This document shows, piece by piece, positions 15,242 through 24,540 of a DNA stretch of 44,902 nucleotides. The notes under the pieces are model-generated. The model ran no database searches and had not been told where the DNA came from. It saw nothing but the letters and a program-made list of their open reading frames with translations. Position 1 is the stretch's first letter; the number at the start of each line of letters is the position of its first letter. The translations under genes and the position numbers were made by a program. The stretch is from NCBI GenBank assembly GCA_947624655.1, contig CANQLH010000016.1, forward strand, positions 1 to 44,902. The letters run 5' to 3'. The DNA comes from an uncultured Clostridia bacterium (GTDB lineage: Bacteria > Bacillota > Clostridia > TANB77 > CAG-508).

Positions 15242-16774
15242 ATGGAAATTCTTATAAGTATGTTACCCTTCGTCCCCATTGTCGTGGTGGTAGTTGCTCT
15301 AATTATCCTGATTGCATCAGGATATGTAAAGGCCCCGCCTGACCAAGCATACATCATTTCCGGCTGGCACAAGAAGCCTCGTATCCTTGTAGGTAAAGCT
15401 GGTGTCAAGATTCCTTTCTTGGAACGTCTTGATAAGCTATCTCTTGGTGCCATTCAGATTGATGTAAAGACGCGTACCGCGGTTCCTACTGCGGAGTATA
15501 TCAATGTTAAAGTTGATTCTACTGTGTCCGTTAAGGTCAGCCAAGACCCAGAGGGTATTGTATTAGCGTCTCAAAACTTCTTAAACATCCCTCGTGACCA
15601 AATTGCCGCTAAGATTAATGACCTTCTTGAAGGTAACATCCGTGAGATTGTTGGCCAAATGAGACTAACCGAAATGGTTGGCGACCGTAAAGCATTCTCT
15701 GAAAAGGTTCAAGAAAATGCAGTACCCGATTTGAAGCGTTATGGCCTTGAACTCATTACCTTCAATGTTCAGAATTTCTCTGATGACAATGGCGTTATCA
15801 CCAACCTCGGTATTGATAACGTTGAGCAAATTCGTAAGGGCGCAGCCATCGCTAAGTCTAATGCCCAGCGTGAGATTGCAGTCGCAGAAGCAGCTAATGA
15901 TAAAGCAGCTAACGATGCTCGCGTACAGGCAGAAGAAGAGATTGCTAAGCGCAACAACGACCTCGCCATCCGCAAGGCTGCTTTAAAGCAGGAAGCTGAT
16001 ACCAAGCAAGCTCAGGCTAATGCCGCTATGGCGATTGAGGCTGAGAACCAGCGCAAGTTGCGTGACGTAGCCGCGGCCGATGCTGATATTGCTCGTCAGG
16101 AGAAGGAGATTGAACTCAAGGAGAGAGAAGTCTCTGTTAAGGAGCGTTCTCTTGAGGCTGAGGTTAAAAAGACCGCTGAGGCTAAGAAGTATGCCGTTCA
16201 GCAGCAAGCTGATGCAGAACTTTATGCCACTCAGAAGGCTTCTGAAGCCGAGCTGTTCGAGCGCCAGAGAAAGGCCGACGCTGAACTCTTTGAGCGCCAG
16301 AAGAACGGTGAAGCCGCCCAGTACGAGGCAGAGCGTAGAGCTGAAGCCGAGAAAGCTACTGCTGAGGCCGTCCGTGTAAAGGGCGAGGCTGAAGCGGCTG
16401 CTATTCGCGCCCGTGGTACCGCTGAGGCCGACGCTATCGCCGCCAAAGCGGCTGCTGAGGCCGAAGGTCTTATGAAGAAGGCCGAGGCTATGAAGCAGTA
16501 TGGTGAAGCCGCTCAGATGGACATGAAGTTACAGGCCATCAAGATTTACTTTGAGCAGTTGCCCGCAATCGCTGAAGCCGCTGGCAAAGCGTACACCAAC
16601 GTTGACAAGATTGTCATGTTTGGTGGAGAGAGTAGTAAACTCACCGAGGATGTTGTCAAAAACATCACTCAGCTTTCCGAGGGACTCAGTAACTCCCTTG
16701 GTGTTGACCTGAAGGATATTCTCAATTCCTTCATCGGTACAAAGATAGCTTTACCTGATAACCAGAAAGAGTAA
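15242..16774 (+). CDS. Flotillin-like SPFH/band-7 protein (N-terminal TM helix, SPFH domain, long EA-rich coiled coil)
   Basis: TM 'FVPIVVVVVALIILIASG'. The SPFH core 'AYIISGWHKKPRILVGKAGVKIPFLERLDKLSL' matches flotillin/YqiK starts. ~250 aa follow, with tandem repeats 'AELFERQRKADAELFERQKNGEA'. Confidence 0.65.
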   Translation: MEILISMLPFVPIVVVVVALIILIASGYVKAPPDQAYIISGWHKKPRILVGKAGVKIPFLERLDKLSLGAIQIDVKTRTAVPTAEYINVKVDSTVSVKVSQDPEGIVLASQNFLNIPRDQIAAKINDLLEGNIREIVGQMRLTEMVGDRKAFSEKVQENAVPDLKRYGLELITFNVQNFSDDNGVITNLGIDNVEQIRKGAAIAKSNAQREIAVAEAANDKAANDARVQAEEEIAKRNNDLAIRKAALKQEADTKQAQANAAMAIEAENQRKLRDVAAADADIARQEKEIELKEREVSVKERSLEAEVKKTAEAKKYAVQQQADAELYATQKASEAELFERQRKADAELFERQKNGEAAQYEAERRAEAEKATAEAVRVKGEAEAAAIRARGTAEADAIAAKAAAEAEGLMKKAEAMKQYGEAAQMDMKLQAIKIYFEQLPAIAEAAGKAYTNVDKIVMFGGESSKLTEDVVKNITQLSEGLSNSLGVDLKDILNSFIGTKIALPDNQKE

Positions 16775-16786
16775 AGGAGAATATAA

Positions 16787-17788
16787 ATGATTATTTGGCT
16801 GATTGTCCTCGCAATTATTGGGATTATTTCCTTTATTGTTTTGCACGTAATGGCAAAACGTAAAGTAACGGCTGAAAATGCTCGTTATTTAGACAAAAAT
16901 GTAGGTAGCTTTCAGTTTCCTATATGTAGATTGCTACGTTGGCTAATTCCTGGACTTATCGCCTGTATCATGGTTTTATCATTACTAATTGGTGGTATCC
17001 ATATTCTGGATACCACCGAGCGCGGCGTAGTTAAAACCTTTGGACGTATTTCTGATACAGTTCTTGAAGGCGGCTTACGCCTTGTCAATCCTATTTCAGA
17101 TACCGTCACAATTTATGATATGACGGCTAAAACCCATGAACTTGTCTTTGAATCATATACAGGTGATGCACAGGCTATTACAGTAACTGCGGATATCGAA
17201 TATCGACTCGACCCAGGCCGTATCCTTGAGGTTGCTAAAACATATGGCTCAGTTGATGTTCTTGATTCTCAATTTATGAAGGTATGTGAAGAGAGCATTA
17301 AATCTGTAATTTCTACATATAGTGCAATGCCGCTTCTTGAGGACCGAGCTAACATCTCACCAAAAGCACAAACAGCGAGTGCATCTCTTGAGGACGTATA
17401 TCCTGTTATTATTAACAAAGTTGTAATCCGTGATATTGTCTTCTCTGATGCTTTTGAGGCTTCAGTTGAAGCTAAAATGACTGCGGAGCAGGATGCCTTG
17501 CGAGCAGAAGAGGAAGCTCGTAAAGCGATTATTGAAGCCGAGCGTGACCGCGATGTAGCAAAAGTACAGGCCGAAGAGGCCAAGACTAAAGCTCAAGGCG
17601 AAGCAGATGCTAAAGTTATCGCCGCACAAGGTGAGGCTGACGCTCTTGAAATGACACGAGAAGCTCTGGAGAAAATGCCTGACACATGGATTATGCAGCT
17701 CTTTATCGAGCGTTGGGATGGCAAATTGCCAACTTATATGCTTGGTGAAGATACTGGAGTAATGATTTCTCCAGGCGCCGTACAGTAA
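16787..17788 (+). CDS. SPFH/band-7 protein, HflC/HflK/prohibitin-like (two TM regions)
   Basis: 'ERGVVKTFGRISDTVLEGGLRLVNPI' matches the HflKC/stomatin core (eRgVv.rfGr...pGlh...P). C-terminal EA-rich helix. Confidence 0.6.
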   Translation: MIIWLIVLAIIGIISFIVLHVMAKRKVTAENARYLDKNVGSFQFPICRLLRWLIPGLIACIMVLSLLIGGIHILDTTERGVVKTFGRISDTVLEGGLRLVNPISDTVTIYDMTAKTHELVFESYTGDAQAITVTADIEYRLDPGRILEVAKTYGSVDVLDSQFMKVCEESIKSVISTYSAMPLLEDRANISPKAQTASASLEDVYPVIINKVVIRDIVFSDAFEASVEAKMTAEQDALRAEEEARKAIIEAERDRDVAKVQAEEAKTKAQGEADAKVIAAQGEADALEMTREALEKMPDTWIMQLFIERWDGKLPTYMLGEDTGVMISPGAVQ

Positions 17789-17801
17789 AATATTTATTTC
17801 G

Positions 17802-17838
17802 CCCCTAGCTCTTTGAGCTAGGGGTTTTCTTTTTTTCG
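17802..17838 (+). terminator. Rho-independent terminator
   Basis: 9-bp stem cccctagct/agctagggg with loop ctttg, followed by ttttctttttttcg. Confidence 0.85.
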
Positions 17839-17929
17839 CTAGCCTCGATGCGCTTCGTTCTTCCGACCGCTCGCCCTATACAAAATTTTTAAGGTAAATA
17901 GTTAAAATTGGATTTTTCTCTAAAATTAT

Positions 17930-17950
17930 TGTATAATATCGGTAGATTTA
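17930..17950 (+). promoter_or_regulatory. Promoter (ttgTATAATatcggtag), copy 5
   Basis: TATAAT at 17932-17937 preceded by TG. RBS aaggag before ATG 17975. Confidence 0.5.
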
Positions 17951-17974
17951 AAAAACAATAAGGAGTTTAATACT

Positions 17975-18436
17975 ATGATAAAGACCATTTATGAACTTGA
18001 CCCAATATCTTATAATGTAGATGAAGAAACTGGGGAATGTTCTGTAATTCTCAAATATCAAAACAAAGAATATACTGGTATTGCTCATGCGCGGCCAGAA
18101 GATATGATATTATTTTCCGAAAAGGTAGGGCTCAATATCGCGCTAAGAAGAGCGAGAATTGCTATCTTCAAAGATAAATATTTAGAAGCACAGCAAATAG
18201 CTACCATCAAGAATCAAATGTATCAAGAGACAATAGACTTTGGGCATAGAGACACCGCGGAAGTGGACCCTACTGGCGCGTTCTTATCTAAAGTGGTAAA
18301 TGCGCAAAAACGCGCTTTGGCGCTAAAACAAGCTCTGATTATTGAGCGCGAATCTCTAAATACCTATTTGCAAGGATTAAGACAAGTATTTACGACCATT
18401 AAAGCTAAACGTGCGCAGGAGGACAAAAAAGAATAA
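17975..18436 (+). CDS. hypothetical protein (153 aa)
   Basis: ORF with promoter and RBS; no motif recognised. Confidence 0.5.
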   Translation: MIKTIYELDPISYNVDEETGECSVILKYQNKEYTGIAHARPEDMILFSEKVGLNIALRRARIAIFKDKYLEAQQIATIKNQMYQETIDFGHRDTAEVDPTGAFLSKVVNAQKRALALKQALIIERESLNTYLQGLRQVFTTIKAKRAQEDKKE

Positions 18437-18463
18437 ATTACCATCCCCTAAAATTATAAATAA

Positions 18464-18718
18464 ATGAGGAAGGTGATTATATTGTCTGATTTTACCAAAG
18501 GATTTATTTGTGCGACGGTTGGCATAACTATTGCCGCTTCTGTAAGTGATATAATTTCTACTGCAACCGAACTACTTAAAGCCTTTTTGGGTAGTAAGAT
18601 AGTGAAATATAATCAAGATATAGATAGCGCTATATCGCCACCGCCGCAAGAAACTCGTGCTATCGGTTTCAATACTACATTTGAACAAGAAGAGGATGAA
18701 GAATATGCTGATGACTAA
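18464..18718 (+). CDS. hypothetical small protein with one hydrophobic helix; start uncertain (possible TTG at 18482)
   Basis: ORF; 'FICATVGITIAASV' is TM-like; acidic C-terminus. Confidence 0.35.
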   Translation: MRKVIILSDFTKGFICATVGITIAASVSDIISTATELLKAFLGSKIVKYNQDIDSAISPPPQETRAIGFNTTFEQEEDEEYADD

Positions 18719-19982
18719 TCCAGATGTTAGATTTTATGATACTTGCTCTCTATTGATTGGCGGAGAGTCAATTTTTACAAAGGGAGAGCAATTCTTAATT
18801 TCTTCTATCACTTTACAAGAATTAGAGAGAATTAAAACGTCGTCTAATAAGGATAGCGAAACTAAATTCTCTGCTCGCCTCATACTTCATTTGTTGGAAT
18901 ATTATAAAGATATGTATAAAGTTGTTATACATAGAAATGATAACACTAATGCTATTGATATAGTTCCTTATACGGATGATTTACGTATCTTAAATGATGC
19001 TATATTATGCAATAATGGGACATATTATAATGGTATGTATACTGATCGAATCGTCTTCGTTACGAATGATTTAGCTCTTACTAATATTGCCAATCTCTAT
19101 TTCGGAGATGGTATGATAGAAAAAATTGATGAAGATGAAGTCGATGATTATACTGGGTTTAAAATAATTGAAGCAAGTGATAAAGAACTTGCCGATTTCT
19201 ATAGTGATACCACAGTTGATTGGTTTGAATTAATGATTGGCGAATATCTAATTCTTAAAGATAAGGAAGGTAAGGTCGTCGATGTTAGATGCTGGACAGG
19301 TAGCGACCATAGATATATCACTGTCAAGCCCTTCGATTCTACGTGGTTTGGGAAAATAACTCCTTTCCATGATGATATTTACCAAAAACTATTGTTCGAT
19401 AGTTTAATTAATAATAAAATTACTATGGTTAAAGGCCCTGCGGGCTCCGGTAAGACGCAAATTAGTTTAACCTTTTTGATGCATCAACTTGAGAAGGGGC
19501 GTATTGATAAGATAATTATTTTCTGCAACACAGTGGCAACCGCAAACTCTGCAAAGTTAGGTTTTTATCCAGGAACAAAAGATGAAAAGCTGTTAGACTC
19601 ATAGATTGGAAACTTGTTAGTAAGTAAATTCGGAAGTAAAGACTATGTAGACCGCATGATAAACGAAGGTAAACTTTTACTTCTACCCATGTCTGATATT
19701 CGTGGATATGATACAACTGGTATGAAAGCAGGAGTTTATATCTCTGAGGCTCAAAATCTCGACCGCACTTTAATTAAACTCGCTTTGCAACGTATTGGTG
19801 AAGATAGTATCTGTATTATAGATGGAGATTCAAAGACACAAGTAGACGATATTCACTTCTCAGGTAATAGTAATGGTATGAGACGAGTATCTAAGGTATA
19901 TCGTGGGCATGATATTTATGGAGAAGTCGAATTAAAGACTATATATCGTTCTAAAATAGCTGAAATAGCAGAAGAAATATAA
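18705..19982 (+). CDS. PIN-domain + PhoH-like ATPase (YlaK-type) containing one in-frame TAG at 19602-19604
   Basis: N-terminal PIN-like 'RFYDTCSLLIGGESIF...ITLQELERIK'. PhoH Walker A 'KGPAGSGKTQISL'. The two track ORFs (18657-19604 and 19614-19982) share a frame and are separated only by TAG. The PhoH core continues across it ('VYISEAQNLDRT...IIDGDSKTQVD'). Confidence 0.75.
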
Positions 19983-20009
19983 CGAGAGTAGCTTCTACTC
20001 TCGTTTTTC
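19982..20009 (+). terminator. Rho-independent terminator
   Basis: 9-bp stem acgagagta/tactctcgt with loop gcttc, followed by ttttt. Confidence 0.8.
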
Positions 20010-20032
20010 TATACCAAAAGGAGGGACATAGA

Positions 20033-21397
20033 ATGACCAATGAAGAATTTATATGGAGATTTCTTGCGGATGCAGGGTATAATAACTTCGGTATTGCTGG
20101 AGTTATGGGCAATCTTTATGCTGAGAGTTGTCTAAATCCGCAAAATCTTCAAAATTCCACAGAAAAGCGTCTCGGCATGAATGATGCCCAATATACTGCT
20201 GCTGTTGATAGTGGTACATATACTAACTTCGTACATGATAGTGGCGGTTACGGCTTGGCTCAATGGACTTATTGGAGTCGGAAAGAGGGTTTACTTAATT
20301 ACGCTAAATCAAAAGGTAAATCTATCGGTGATTTACAAATGTAGCTTGAATACTTCGTCAATGAGCTTGCTCGATATAAAGGTTCTAATGAGAATGTTAA
20401 AAATGCGAAATCTATTCAGCAGGCATCTGACTTTATTGTATTAAATTATGAACGTCCAGCGAGTGTAGGAGCATCCGCATCTGCGGAAACACGTGCTAAT
20501 ACTCTAAATAAACGAGCCGGTTATGGACAGCAGTACTATAATAAATATGCTACTACTGTAGTTGCTCCATCATCTACACCCGCTCCAACGGTTGTTACCA
20601 CAAAAAATCCTATTGATAGAGTAATTGCAATAGCCAAAGCAGAAGAAGGATATTTAGAGAAGAAAACAAATTCTCAATTAGACGATAAAACTGCCAATGC
20701 TGGTTCTAATAACTGGACAAAATATGCTCGTGACCTTGATGCACTTGGTAATTTTTATAATGGTAAAAAGAATGGATACGCTTGGTGTGATGTTTTCGTA
20801 GACTGGTGCTTTGTATAGGCATTTGGTCCAGATAAGGCACGTGAATTACTCTGCCAACCGATCGGGTCAGCCGGCGCAGGATGTACTTACTCTGCACGTT
20901 ACTATAAAGCAAAAGGTCAGTTGTATAAGACTCCGCAACCTGGTGACCAAATTTTCTTTGGAGATTCAAGCGGCAACTGCTCTCATACGGGTTTAGTAGT
21001 CGCGGTTGATAGCTCTAAGGTCTACACTGTTGAAGGAAACACATCGAGCGCCGCAGGCGTAGTAGCTAATGGTGGCTGCGTAAGAGCTAAAAGTTATGCT
21101 CTTAACTATAAAAATATATATGGCTATGGCCGTCCTAACTGGACGCTAGCACCACAAATAGAGGAGGAAGATGATGATATGATTACTCAAGAACAATTCA
21201 ATCAGATGATGGATAACTATCTAAAGGAACTCTCTAAACAACAAGCATATGCCTGGGAGCTTCCAGGATTAAACTGGGCTCAGACCAATGGTATCATGGT
21301 TGGTGACGACACTGGCAATTTGATGCCTCATAAATTCTTAACCCGTGGAGAAGCAGCGGCTGTCGTAATGAGACTGGCTGAAAAGTTAAATAAGTAA
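20033..21397 (+). CDS. Endolysin: lysozyme-like (phage tail lysozyme-type) N-domain + CHAP domain + C-terminal SLH-like cell-wall-binding motif; two in-frame TAGs (20342, 20816)
   Basis: 'GIAGVMGNLYAESCLNP...YGLAQWTYWSRKE' (lysozyme-like family pattern). CHAP 'WCDVFVDWCF...GDQIFFGDSSGNCSHTGLVVAV...VEGNTS' (Cys/His dyad). SLH-like 'WAQTNGIMVGDDTGNLMPHKFLTRGEAAAVVMRL'. Single frame with two TAGs and no TAA/TGA until 21395. Confidence 0.7.
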
Positions 21398-21591
21398 TGT
21401 ATAAAAGCTATATAAAGAAGAAAAGAGAGTTCTCTAAAATATTGTTAATTCAAGAATCAATTCTTATATGGATTACTACTCTTGCTTTATTAGGTTTGGC
21501 TTTCGTATGTATTATAAATGGCTATCTTGGTTCATTACCATGGTTAGCTGGCATGATAGGATTCCCTTGGAGTGCGTACGGAATTAGTTAG
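21397..21591 (+). CDS. holin-like small membrane protein
   Basis: 64 aa with a charged N-terminus and two hydrophobic segments. Immediately downstream of the endolysin (taATG overlap). Confidence 0.5.
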   Translation: MYKSYIKKKREFSKILLIQESILIWITTLALLGLAFVCIINGYLGSLPWLAGMIGFPWSAYGIS

Positions 21592-21700
21592 GCGTTTTAC
21601 TATAACAAGAGTAAAGCGGAGAACATATAGGGTGGTATTGTATATCAACAATACTAGAATACAACTGGGACAGTAGATGAATAGTATCATCTATAATACT

Positions 21701-21742
21701 AAGGGCTTAATAGTTTTCTATTAAGCCCTTTCTTCTTTTCTG
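21701..21742 (+). terminator. Rho-independent terminator
   Basis: 13-bp stem aagggcttaatag/ctattaagccctt with loop tttt, followed by a tcttcttttct T-rich tract. Confidence 0.8.
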
Positions 21743-21765
21743 TAGCTTGATTTTTTTGAAAAAAT

Positions 21766-21786
21766 ATGGTATTATATATTTGTAAA
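21766..21786 (+). promoter_or_regulatory. Extended -10 promoter (tggTATTATatatttgtaaat), copy 6
   Basis: TGgTATTAT at 21766-21774 plus leader, then RBS aaaggag before ATG 21809. Confidence 0.5.
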
Positions 21787-21808
21787 TAAAATAAAGGAGT
21801 TTAAATAA

Positions 21809-22087
21809 ATGCACTGTCCTTTTAAGAATAAAATGAAGAAAGTTAATGAGATTTACGGAGAGGATAAGGATCTCTCCGACGGATGGTCCTGCCTGGGAGA
21901 AGAGTGTCCGACAGAAGTATGGAACCAATGTCAAGGTTATGATTCACAATTTAATAAGTTTTGTGCAAATCAAATTAATCTACATGGAGACACGTTTTGT
22001 ATGATTACAGAAGAGACTTGTCATATCAATAAAGAAATAGCTCAATCGCAATGCCCACACTACGAAGAGGGGTCGGTCTTAGAATGA
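21809..22087 (+). CDS. Cys-rich small protein (92 aa), possible metal-binding
   Basis: 10 Cys/His in CxxxxK / C..C / CxxxC spacing; no family recognised. Confidence 0.4.
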   Translation: MHCPFKNKMKKVNEIYGEDKDLSDGWSCLGEECPTEVWNQCQGYDSQFNKFCANQINLHGDTFCMITEETCHINKEIAQSQCPHYEEGSVLE

Positions 22088-22614
22088 TTACTATATATAC
22101 AGATGGCAGTACCTGTAAAAATGGAAGAAAAGACGCCTCTGGAGGTTTTGGTGTAGTAGTTCTTGAATCCTGGGATGGAGTGGAAGAAACAGCTACAGTA
22201 ATTGACGCCAAACAGGAGCATACGGAGGGTACAACCAACAATAGAGAAGAGATGAAAGCGGTTATATGGGCGCTTGAACACTATGGAGATAAAGCTCACC
22301 GTGGCAATGGTTTTCTTATTCCTGTTGTTTATTGCGACTCAATGTATTGCGTTAATAGCTTTACAAACTGGATAAAAGGCTGGAAGGCTAATGGCTGGGT
22401 CAGAGCTGGCGGAAAGAAATTAGAAAATTTAGATTTGATACAACGATATGATGAGCTCTTAGAGCAAGGTCACCTTATTGATTTGCGTTGGGTGGCTGGA
22501 CATAGAGGGAATGAATGGAATGAGTTGGCAGACGCATTAGCAACTGGTAAGATAACAGTTGATTCCGTTCTAAATAAATGTCCTGGACAAGAAAGAGCGA
22601 ATGAACTATTATAG
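22084..22614 (+). CDS. rnhA: Ribonuclease H (RnhA-type)
   Basis: 'ITIYTDGST...GGFGVVV', 'TNNREEMKAVIWALE', 'VYCDSMYCVNSFTNWIKGWKANGW', 'GHRGNEWNELADALA' match the RNase HI catalytic D-E-D-D context. Confidence 0.8.
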   Translation: MITIYTDGSTCKNGRKDASGGFGVVVLESWDGVEETATVIDAKQEHTEGTTNNREEMKAVIWALEHYGDKAHRGNGFLIPVVYCDSMYCVNSFTNWIKGWKANGWVRAGGKKLENLDLIQRYDELLEQGHLIDLRWVAGHRGNEWNELADALATGKITVDSVLNKCPGQERANELL

Positions 22615-22625
22615 GAGTTGGATTA

Positions 22626-24524
22626 ATGAATACACAAGATAAGAATTTATATACCGAAGATAGTATCGAGTCATTAAGCCCATTAGAATTTACTCGTCTG
22701 CGGCCGGGGGTATATTGTGGCGATACATCTCACTCTACGCAGCTTCTTATCGAGATTGTTTCTAATGCAGTAGATGAAGCAAGACTCGGCCATGGTAACT
22801 TAATTGAAGTTTCAGTTAAAGAAGATGGCGCCATTAGAGTGAGAGACTATGGACAAGGCTTCCTCGTTAATTCCATGCGTGAAGATGGTAAAACTGTACT
22901 TGAAGCCGCTTTTAGTGTTCTAAATACCAGTGGTAAATATCGTGAAGATGGTACTTATGAAGGCACTTCTTTGGGTAGTTTTGGAATTGGCTCTAAAATT
23001 ACTACTTATCTCTCTCATTGGCTTGATGTTATTACTATACGTGACGGTATGATGGAACAAGTATCCTTCAAAGAGGGCGTTTTTGATAAAAGATATGTGG
23101 GGAAAAATGATAAACCATCTGGTACGATTGTAGAGTGGCTGCCAAGTGAAGAATTTTTTACAGACATTCATGTTGATTTAACCGCTATCCGCAAGTTATT
23201 TAAAGTAATTGCTTGCTTATGTCCTGGCCTCAAGATTTGTCTGGAAACAGAAGGTAATAGTGAAACTTTTTATTCTGAGCATGGTTTAAATGACCTAGTT
23301 GATGAAGCCGTTAAGGACAAAGAAATCTTAAAAAACCGTCTGATGACTAATTTTTCCGAAGGCAAAAATAAGTTGGATTTAGTTCTAACTTATACAACAG
23401 ATTATAGTACGGTCATTGTTCCGTATGTTAATACTGGCTTGACGCAGACAGGTCCGCATATTACACAAATTAAGACCATTATAACAAGAGAAATGAATAA
23501 ATTCTTCCGCGATAAAGGGTGGCTAAAAGAAAAGGATGAAAATCTTTCAGGAGATGACTGCCAGGAAGGAATGTATCTTGTTTTTAATATAACCGCTCCT
23601 AACGTCGCATATGATGCACAGGTAAAAACTCGTGTCACAAAAATCGACATGACTCCATTCACCAAAGCAATAGCAGAAGAATTGCAATACTGGATGGCAG
23701 CCAATGAGAAAGAAGTTAAAGGGATTGCGGACAAGGCGCTTAACGCGCGCAAAGCTAGAGAAGCCGCCCGGAAGGCTAGGGACGCCGCAAGAGGACTAAA
23801 AGACAAGAAAGAAACTGGTCTTAAAGCCAAGATGAAACTTAGTGATAAGTTTATAGACTGCACAAGTAAAAATCCTAAAGACCGTACTCTTTTGCTTGTA
23901 GAAGGTTTGTCTGCTGGCGCTTCAGCGGTAGAAGCTCGCAATCCTAAAAAAGATTGTATTTATATGTTAAGAGGTAAGATAATTAGCCCTCTGAAAACTG
24001 CGGTAGAAAAAATTCTTGCAAACCAAGAAATGAGTGATATTATTAAGGTAATTGGCGCAGGATTTAGAGATAACTTTGATATGTCTAAAATGAACTTTGA
24101 TAAGATTGTCATAACAACCGATGCAGACTCTGACGGTTATGATATTGAGCTACTACTTATCACGTTTTTCTACACATATATGCGTCCTCTTGTTGAGGCA
24201 GGTAAATTATATAGAGCAGTAACGCCCCTATATATAGTACGCCATAAAGACAAGGAATATTATTGCTATACAGATAATGAATTAGAGGAATGGAAAAAGA
24301 CTCATACTGGAAATTACGACATTTTACGCGCTAAGGGTCTTGGTGAATTGAATCCAGAAGATTTGCAGAAAGTTTGCTTTATGAATGAACATTATAAGCG
24401 TATTACAATTACAGATGCAGAAAAAACTACTCAACTTCTTGAAACATTAATGGGAAGTTCAGTAGAACTTCGTAAGCAGTATATTTATGATAATGCAAAA
24501 GAGCTTGGATTCAACTTTGATTAA
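22626..24524 (+). CDS. Type IIA DNA topoisomerase, ATPase/Toprim subunit (GyrB / T4 gp39-like)
   Basis: GHKL ATPase 'EIVSNAVDEA'. Toprim 'LLLVEGLSAGASAV', 'MLRGKIISPLKT', 'IVITTDADSDGYDIELLLITFF'. Confidence 0.85.
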   Translation: MNTQDKNLYTEDSIESLSPLEFTRLRPGVYCGDTSHSTQLLIEIVSNAVDEARLGHGNLIEVSVKEDGAIRVRDYGQGFLVNSMREDGKTVLEAAFSVLNTSGKYREDGTYEGTSLGSFGIGSKITTYLSHWLDVITIRDGMMEQVSFKEGVFDKRYVGKNDKPSGTIVEWLPSEEFFTDIHVDLTAIRKLFKVIACLCPGLKICLETEGNSETFYSEHGLNDLVDEAVKDKEILKNRLMTNFSEGKNKLDLVLTYTTDYSTVIVPYVNTGLTQTGPHITQIKTIITREMNKFFRDKGWLKEKDENLSGDDCQEGMYLVFNITAPNVAYDAQVKTRVTKIDMTPFTKAIAEELQYWMAANEKEVKGIADKALNARKAREAARKARDAARGLKDKKETGLKAKMKLSDKFIDCTSKNPKDRTLLLVEGLSAGASAVEARNPKKDCIYMLRGKIISPLKTAVEKILANQEMSDIIKVIGAGFRDNFDMSKMNFDKIVITTDADSDGYDIELLLITFFYTYMRPLVEAGKLYRAVTPLYIVRHKDKEYYCYTDNELEEWKKTHTGNYDILRAKGLGELNPEDLQKVCFMNEHYKRITITDAEKTTQLLETLMGSSVELRKQYIYDNAKELGFNFD

Positions 24525-24540
24525 GATGGAGGAAAATTGA

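Noticed and set aside
16200-16330. Tandem nucleotide repeat (gagcgccagaraag...gctgaactctttgagcgccagaag) inside the flotillin-like gene
   Set aside because: It encodes the in-frame peptide repeat AELFERQRKADAELFERQK of the coiled coil. It is a protein-level repeat, not a non-coding repeat or mobile-element feature.
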